Shown one piece after another: positions 59,201 through 64,000 of a DNA stretch of 64,000 nucleotides; within the stretch, counting starts at the first letter, position 1; each line of letters begins with the position of its first letter. Origin of the DNA: a bacterium (GTDB lineage: Bacteria > RBG-13-61-14 > DATKZS01); NCBI GenBank assembly GCA_963674965.2, contig CAXXFL010000003.1, forward strand, positions 492,837 to 556,836. The letters run 5' to 3'. The notes beneath the pieces were generated by a model. That model saw only the letters and a list, made by a program, of their open reading frames with translations. It made no database searches and was not told where the DNA came from. Position numbers and translations under genes: made by a program.

Positions 59201-60631
59201 TATTCCGCCCGAAGCTACGAGCCGGGAAAGGGAGGCGAAGGAAAAGAGGCGGGCAAGGACGACGACGGATACCTGGCCAGGATACAATTCCTTTTGGGAG
59301 CGGCGAGGAGCTATAAAAAGGGCCTGGCCGACTCGATCCCGGAAAGAAAAATTGCGCTTTACGATAAAAAGCCGATAGACGTGGCGGAGATCAAGGAAAA
59401 GTTCCGAGTGGTGATCAGCGCCTGCGACAGGGTCGGCGGCGAGCAGAGCAGGCAAGTGCTGCTGGGAGGAGGATACGACGCGGACTACGGGCTCACCGGA
59501 GCGCCGGGGGCCTTCGAGCTGGCCCGCCAGGATTGCTCGGGCAAGGAGTGCCTGCCCTACCAGAGGATATGGTCCGCCTACAGGGGATACCTGGAAAAGA
59601 ACCCGCCCCGGCCGGGAGAGAAGATGGTCCTCCTTAACGTGTCCGGGGAAGGACCCTGCAGGAACGGAATGTTCACCCTGGCCAACCAGATCGCCCTGGA
59701 AAAACTCGGATGGGGAGACCGGATCGTTTCCACTACCAGCTCCTCCTTTAAGAACGACCCTTACATGGCCTACGCCAAGTGGTTCGCCATCGTGGGCACG
59801 GACCTCCTTAATCAACTCCGGCTTTTCTACCGGCCCGAGGAGAAAATAAAAGGAGACGCCGACGAAATCTACTATGACTATTGCCTCAAGATAAGCCGGT
59901 CTCTGGTGAAGTTCGGCCGAAGCGGCGGGCTGAGGGAGGTCCTCGCCAATATCCGGTCCATCGAGGAGGTGTTGGAGGACGGCGCCAGGGCCTTTAGCGA
60001 CATGGGCAAGGAAAAAGGAAAGTTCGAGGAGCTCCGGACCATCTACCTTTGCGGAGACGTTTTCCTGCTGGTCGACGAGGACGGGAATGACCAGGTGGCG
60101 AGGCGCTTTAACGACCTTGGCCTTCGGGTCCTGGCCCAGCCCTTCGGCGACATCATGGAACTGGTTATGTTTTACCGGACCCGGGAGTTCCTCGAGATGG
60201 AGACGCGCCCGGTCCTTAACTACATGGTGCGGGGCTTGATGGAATACGCCCGCGAGCGCTTGGTGGGCCGGGTAAGGCGTTATCACGACTGGATAAAGTG
60301 GGACGGCATCGAGACGATCGACGAGGCCTGTAAGGAGTTGCTTGACGGGTCCCCCTTTTGCGAGTCCATTACCGCCATCGGAAGCTCGCTTCTCGCCTGG
60401 CGCGACCGTCCCATTGACGGGCTGGCGGCGATCGGGCCGTGGGGATGCGGTCCGGCCCTCATTACCGAGGCCCAGCTTAGAAGAAAACTCCGGGCGCCGA
60501 TGCTGTTCCTCACGTACGACGGAGACCCCATCGACCAGAACAAGCTCGAGGGCTTCGCCTGGCGCCTCAAGAATTCTCCCAAAAGGCTCCTTCGCCGCGA
60601 GGACGGGGAAATACGGGAGGCGTGGAGATAG
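56240..60631 (+). CDS. CoA-substrate-specific enzyme activase fusion (two BadF/BcrAD-type ASKHA ATPase domains plus DUF2229/2-hydroxyacyl-CoA dehydratase-like domains)
   Basis: GVDLG / GIDLGSTGSK, NDRCSAGTG / NRACSAGTGSFLEEQ, RCSVFAKS / MCTVF, CTPVK.MHG, CTCP, YGCGP, ECLP, GPCR.G and PWGCGP motifs; GGAGG RBS before the ATG at 56240. Confidence 0.9.
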   Translation: MTDKFLIGVDLGKTTASFAVGVRGPDGLTRLVESRSVRHLGRVAESFKDFYLELGAGSIEGVAVTGLYSRRVGSPAVSGLPEEIAQERATAAFYPEGPVNIVRLGGRGYSILTRDEKGSFNYVENDRCSAGTGETIEKICGRLGLSLQEAMDMAGRATRSIPITARCSVFAKSEMTHFANQGEPHEELLKGYFESVARNVYGLYDKYRVDGPTALIGNGALIGPVAKSFMEKDGGRVEVCSQAGEYEALGALYYAADRGWDEGLEWPADPSIMIAARERRVKGLEPASKMGGKVVKLEERAVSAGPSVPAILGIDLGSTGSKAALLDAESGEVMADFYRRTDGNPVEAAKALAGEVLEAAAGQVIAIGLTGSGRDAAATAVRAAFPGAGDRIFVQNEIVAHAAAAIALDPDKGRSLSIVEIGGQDAKFINVKNGRVLESDMNRACSAGTGSFLEEQGIFYDVADVARFGEMAATSERPPDLGQMCTVFVADLAAVALAEGYTVADLFAGFQYSVITNYKNRVMGNRQFMDRIFFQGKPATSPSLARTLAAVTGREVYVPPNPGAMGAIGVAMLARESIADARDLEPLDLRVLTSVNIKSRKTFRCNDPKCKNMCRIERAEVEVMGKTARIVSGGSCPKYESVSAGPRKLPSVAPSPYRERQDLLASCLPEVEKRAGRPTVGLPRGHYLIDYLPFFYAFFAGLGVNVEILDSDHETFERGNRRCSAGNTCTPVKIMHGLARADLDFLFMPKFVELPRPVRKSGACTCPMVQATPELVEKALEAEGARTKILRPHFYLGDYGLSSPGFLNELRKCRSAVLGAFKDSENSLLAFASAYREALSMQEEYEGGLMEIGRRALAFAREEGYPAVLIAGSSHVIHEPIMNAGIHELVTANGALAIPLDCFPVDDDVPPLERVYWGTSNRILRASIQAAREALVFPLMIVSYGCGPSSFVEHLFNHLLEDYPHTVLESDGHGGKAGYVTRVQAFLYSARSYEPGKGGEGKEAGKDDDGYLARIQFLLGAARSYKKGLADSIPERKIALYDKKPIDVAEIKEKFRVVISACDRVGGEQSRQVLLGGGYDADYGLTGAPGAFELARQDCSGKECLPYQRIWSAYRGYLEKNPPRPGEKMVLLNVSGEGPCRNGMFTLANQIALEKLGWGDRIVSTTSSSFKNDPYMAYAKWFAIVGTDLLNQLRLFYRPEEKIKGDADEIYYDYCLKISRSLVKFGRSGGLREVLANIRSIEEVLEDGARAFSDMGKEKGKFEELRTIYLCGDVFLLVDEDGNDQVARRFNDLGLRVLAQPFGDIMELVMFYRTREFLEMETRPVLNYMVRGLMEYARERLVGRVRRYHDWIKWDGIETIDEACKELLDGSPFCESITAIGSSLLAWRDRPIDGLAAIGPWGCGPALITEAQLRRKLRAPMLFLTYDGDPIDQNKLEGFAWRLKNSPKRLLRREDGEIREAWR

Positions 60632-60637
60632 GGGTTT

Positions 60638-60756
60638 GGACTGTAATGTGGAAGTTGAATGATTACGGGCCAGGAGGCGGGAGCTGGTCGTGGGGGGGGG
60701 GGCGGATTTTCTGGCGGTTTTCAATTTAAAAGGCGCTGGTAAGGATGGATGGTGGG
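60638..60756 (+). repeat. left copy of a degenerate direct repeat flanking the CGGC gene
   Basis: GGACTGTAATGTGGAAGTTGAATGAT...GTCGTGGG...GCGCTGGTAAGGATGGATGGTGGG. Confidence 0.7.
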
Positions 60757-60914
60757 GTATGGTAGGCAAGCTGTGAATTTCATAATGCTTCGGGAAGAGA
60801 ATCCAGTCTGTGTTAAAATGAAACATGAAAACAAGTAACCGTGAGGTTCAGAGTTTTACAGTCAAAGATGGACCTCGCCAGGATAAGGCTTCTGGAAATC
60901 CAGGGGGAGGACAA

Positions 60915-61358
60915 ATGAAAAGAATCGGTGTCATCATCTGCGACCGCTATCGGAGCTGCGGCGGGGGCAAGTGTTTTCGGGCGCTTCGGGAGCGGCAAGG
61001 CGGGTTTTCGATTTATCCGGCGGACGAACCGGTTGAAATCGTCGGTTTTTCGAGTTGCGGCGGTTGTCCGGGCGGAAACATTGAATACGTGCCCGAGGAG
61101 ATGAAGAAAAACGGGGCCGAGGCCATTCATCTGGCTACCGGTTTTGTGGTCGGCTATCCCCCTTGCCCGTACATCCGGGACTTCAAGGTTTTCATCGAGA
61201 CAAAGTTCGGGATTTCGGTGGTGGTCGGGACCCATCCGGTTCCCATGAAATATTTACAAGCCCACCAAAGCCTGCCCTTCTGGGAGCAGTCCCGCATGGC
61301 GGAGATCGCCGGGCCGCTTCTCTCCGAGGCCCCGGAAATCATGGAAGCTTATAACTGA
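60915..61358 (+). CDS. CGGC-domain putative Fe-S/metal-binding protein
   Basis: GGAGG RBS; IGVIIC....CGGGKC, CGGCPG, IHLATG, CP and VVGTH motifs. Confidence 0.9.
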   Translation: MKRIGVIICDRYRSCGGGKCFRALRERQGGFSIYPADEPVEIVGFSSCGGCPGGNIEYVPEEMKKNGAEAIHLATGFVVGYPPCPYIRDFKVFIETKFGISVVVGTHPVPMKYLQAHQSLPFWEQSRMAEIAGPLLSEAPEIMEAYN

Positions 61359-61375
61359 AAAAAGTCCGCCAAAGG

Positions 61376-61480
61376 GGACTGCAATGTGGAAACTGAATGA
61401 TAAATAGCTATCAGGCCGGTGCGAGTCGTGGGAGTTATTGGTTTTTAGAGGAAAAAGCACTGGTAAGGATGGTTGATGGG
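61376..61480 (+). repeat. right copy of the degenerate direct repeat
   Basis: GGACTGCAATGTGGAAACTGAATGAT...GTCGTGGG...GCACTGGTAAGGATGGTTGATGGG (first block 23/26 identical to the left copy). Confidence 0.7.
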
Positions 61481-61952
61481 CTCCGGAGACTTCCCCTCTC
61501 CCGATTTACTCAGGTGGTATGCTTGCTAGAGCATAGAGATGTAACGCCAGGTCTTGAATGATCCACACGGTCTTTGAATGATCACGCCTCGAATCTTGGG
61601 TGATTTTTGGCTATTCCGATCCACCTGCGAGATGGGACAATGTATGCTGGGCATAGGTTTGAAATGCAGTGCCAATGGGGTGAACGGCGGAAAGAATCCG
61701 AGGCGGGAAAGACCTATCAGGACAAGCCCGACCATAAAAACACCCTCAAACCCTGAACCATCCTTCCACCTCTCGCCAAATCTCCTGCCCCCTCTGCTGT
61801 GATCAAGTCCGGGTCCATACCCTTGGCCAAGGGTAAGTTTCATCTTAACTCCCAAGAGCCTCTTAATACACCCCAACCGCACCGGTTTCTTCCTGATACG
61901 GTAGAAAATCGGTAGAATGGCCGTTGAGTGAACGACCCCGACACCTCTTTGC

Positions 61953-62006
61953 TCAGACGTTGCCACTGAGGAAGTCAATAAGCCACACACCCGGAGTCGC
62001 CGCTGC
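61953..62006 (-). pseudogene. displaced 3' end of the trypsin-like protease gene
   Basis: Reads AAATPGVWLIDFLSGNV* and continues ...NEGLGY in frame once the IS is removed. Confidence 0.75.
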
Positions 62007-62074
62007 CCTCTGTGCCAACGTAGATGAGACACTTCCCCTATGTTAAATTACTGTAGGGCGGGGGAGGTATTAGG

Positions 62075-62614
62075 ATGTATAGAGAGATGGATGAAGACAG
62101 GAAGAAGGCAGGGATTGTTGGGGAGACGGAGGGAGCCCGTAGGGCGACCGGAGTCTCCCCAACCGGGACGGCCGAGCCGGAGGACACTCCTGCCAAGCGG
62201 CCCGAGCGGGTGGGGGCGCCGATCATTCTTCCCGAGCCGGAGGTCCCGGAAAAGCCCGCCCGGCGGCGCTTCACCGCGGCTTACAAGCTCGCAATCCTCG
62301 GGAAGGCCGACGCCTGCTCGGGGCATGGCGAGGTCGGCGCCCTGCTGCGCCGGGAGGGCCTTTATTCGTCGCACCTGACGGCCTGGCGCAAGCAGCGGGA
62401 CGAGGGGGCCTTGAAAGCGCTTTCGCCCGTAAAGCGGGGCCGCAAGCCCAAGGCCAAAAACCCGCTGGCCGATGAAGTGGCCCGCCTCGAGCGCGAGAAC
62501 CGGAAGCTCCAAAAGCGGCTCGAACAGGCCGAGATGATAATCGACTTCCAAAAAAAAGTTGCCGATCTGCTGGGGATACCCCTGGCCAAGCCGCCCGGCG
62601 AAGAGAGCGAATGA
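62075..62614 (+). CDS. IS3-family transposase OrfA (HTH and coiled coil)
   Basis: RRRFTAAYKLAIL, GALLRREGLYSSHL..WR and LEQAE.IIDFQKK motifs; A8 run at 62550-62557. Confidence 0.88.
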   Translation: MYREMDEDRKKAGIVGETEGARRATGVSPTGTAEPEDTPAKRPERVGAPIILPEPEVPEKPARRRFTAAYKLAILGKADACSGHGEVGALLRREGLYSSHLTAWRKQRDEGALKALSPVKRGRKPKAKNPLADEVARLERENRKLQKRLEQAEMIIDFQKKVADLLGIPLAKPPGEESE

Positions 62615-63627
62615 TGGAATCGGCAAGCACGGCCGCTCCCCGGGTCGGCGCCAAGGCCGCCTGCGAGGCCCTGGGCCTGTCGCGAGCAACGTTTAATCGT
62701 CGCGCTAAAATTCCCTTCGGGCCTCCGCCGCCGAGGCGCGCGGCCAAGCCGGCAAGGTCGTTGAGCGAGGACGAGCGGCGCCGGGTGCTGGACGAACTCC
62801 ACTCCGAGCGCTTTGCCGACAAGGCCCCCCGCGAGGTCTGGGCAACGCTCCTGGACGAGGGGACATGGCTGTGCTCGGTCCGCACCATGTACCGCGTCCT
62901 CGACTCGGAAAAGGAAGTCCGGGAGCGGCGCAACCAACTCCGGCGTCCCCGATACAAAAAACCCGAGTTGCTGGCCGAGGCCCCCAACCAGGTCTGGTCC
63001 TGGGACGTCACCAAACTCAAGGGACCGGCCAAATGGACCTGCTACCAACTCTACGTGATCATGGACATCTTCAGCCGCTGCGTGGTGGGATGGATGATCG
63101 CCGGACGCGAAAGCGCGGAGCTGGCCCGCCGCCTGATCGGGGACAGCATCCGAAAACAGGGGATCGAGCCGGGACAACTCACCATCCACGCCGACCGGGG
63201 GAGTTCGATGAAATCAAAGCCGGTGGCCTTCTTGATGGCCGACCTGGGCGTGACCAAGAGCCACTCGCGGCCCCACGTGTCCGACGACAACCCCTACTCG
63301 GAAAGCCAGTTCAAGACCATGAAGTACCGGCCCGAGTTCCCGAGCCGGTTCGGCTCCATCGAGGACGCCAGGGCCTTTTGCGTGAAGTTTTTCGATTGGT
63401 ACAACCGCGAGCATCGGCACACCGGGATCGGCCTGATGACGCCCGAGATGGTCCATTACGGAATGGCGAGCGAGATCGTGGCCGCCAGGCAAAAAACGCT
63501 CGACCACGCCTATGAAAAAAAACCGGAGCGCTTCGTGAAAAGACCGCCGACGGCGCCGGAGTTGCCCGGCAAAGCGTGGATCAACCCACCGGCGAAACCG
63601 GAGGAAATAAACAGTTTGCCACACTAA
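62611..63627 (+). CDS. IS3-family transposase OrfB (DDE integrase core)
   Basis: PNQVWSWDVT, HADRGS, NPYSESQFKTMKY and WYN..HRH motifs; -1 frame relative to orfA. Confidence 0.93.
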   Translation: MMESASTAAPRVGAKAACEALGLSRATFNRRAKIPFGPPPPRRAAKPARSLSEDERRRVLDELHSERFADKAPREVWATLLDEGTWLCSVRTMYRVLDSEKEVRERRNQLRRPRYKKPELLAEAPNQVWSWDVTKLKGPAKWTCYQLYVIMDIFSRCVVGWMIAGRESAELARRLIGDSIRKQGIEPGQLTIHADRGSSMKSKPVAFLMADLGVTKSHSRPHVSDDNPYSESQFKTMKYRPEFPSRFGSIEDARAFCVKFFDWYNREHRHTGIGLMTPEMVHYGMASEIVAARQKTLDHAYEKKPERFVKRPPTAPELPGKAWINPPAKPEEINSLPH

Positions 63628-63664
63628 ATTCAGGAAAGGCGTGTCTCATTTTGCTTGACACATT

Positions 63665-64000
63665 CCGCTGCATAACCTAATCCTTCATTTAGGTTTTGTT
63701 CTCCTTCAGGGAGTTGTTTGAAAAGATTCTCGGAGACAACGCCGATAACTTGACCTCTGCGATTAACTACTGGTCCTCCACTGTATCCGCCTCGAAGCAA
63801 ACAAGAGATAATAATTGCCTGTAGGTCACAGCAGAGCAATGTGATTGTGGAACTCACTTCTCCACGGTTGACCATCAAATAGGCAGCATCCGAAAGCGGT
63901 ACAGGCGGATACCCGAACACGACCACTTCATCAAGTAGATCGTAATGCTGGCTAACCCTGAAATATCTAGGTGTATTGGGGAGTTTGCCGAGGTCAACAT
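63665..64000 (-). pseudogene. trypsin-like (S1) serine protease interrupted by the IS; 5' part lies beyond the window
   Basis: Frame open to the window edge; VVVFGYP and GGYSGGPVVN..GQVIGVV (catalytic Ser motif); AT-rich. Confidence 0.8.

Larger units (their letters stand above)
62007..63664 (+). mobile_element. IS3-family insertion sequence
   Basis: orfA/orfB; imperfect IRs TGCCAACGTAGATGAGACAC (62013-62032) and TGTCAAGCAAAATGAGACAC (reverse complement of 63641-63660), 15/20 identical; flanking direct repeat CCGCTGC at 62000-62006 and 63665-63671. Confidence 0.9.

Noticed and set aside
61526-62032. 168-aa minus-strand ORF and 74-aa plus-strand ORF
   Set aside because: The first starts inside the IS end and is out of frame with the protease tail. 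Neither shows recognisable protein features.

Overview
GC-rich chromosomal window from what looks like an anaerobic, Deltaproteobacteria-like diderm bacterium (inferred from gene content). It has about 45 CDS: CoA/acyl metabolism (two acyl-CoA dehydrogenases, a MaoC hydratase, an Fe-ADH, a large CoA-activase fusion), nadA, mscS, an MMPL-cNMP fusion and a Ser/Thr kinase-WD40 protein. A surface-glycosylation operon carries a B12 radical SAM enzyme, and four GT-C-fold membrane proteins are scattered through the window. There are also three tandem PHP-fold lipoproteins, a hybrid histidine kinase, an IS1380 remnant and an intact IS3-family element that interrupts a trypsin-like protease. Two UGA-recoding events are visible. 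One is a selenocysteine formate dehydrogenase (30838-33534) that the ORF track splits in two. The other, and the best candidate for something new, is a 67-aa two-helix membrane protein (28418-28621) that the ORF track misses. It resembles DUF6132 and has a C-H-G-G-U motif followed by a SECIS-like hairpin. A modular family of REP/REPIN-like palindromic repeats occurs at seven or more intergenic sites and brackets AT-rich genes that look foreign. No rRNA, tRNA or CRISPR array was recognised.
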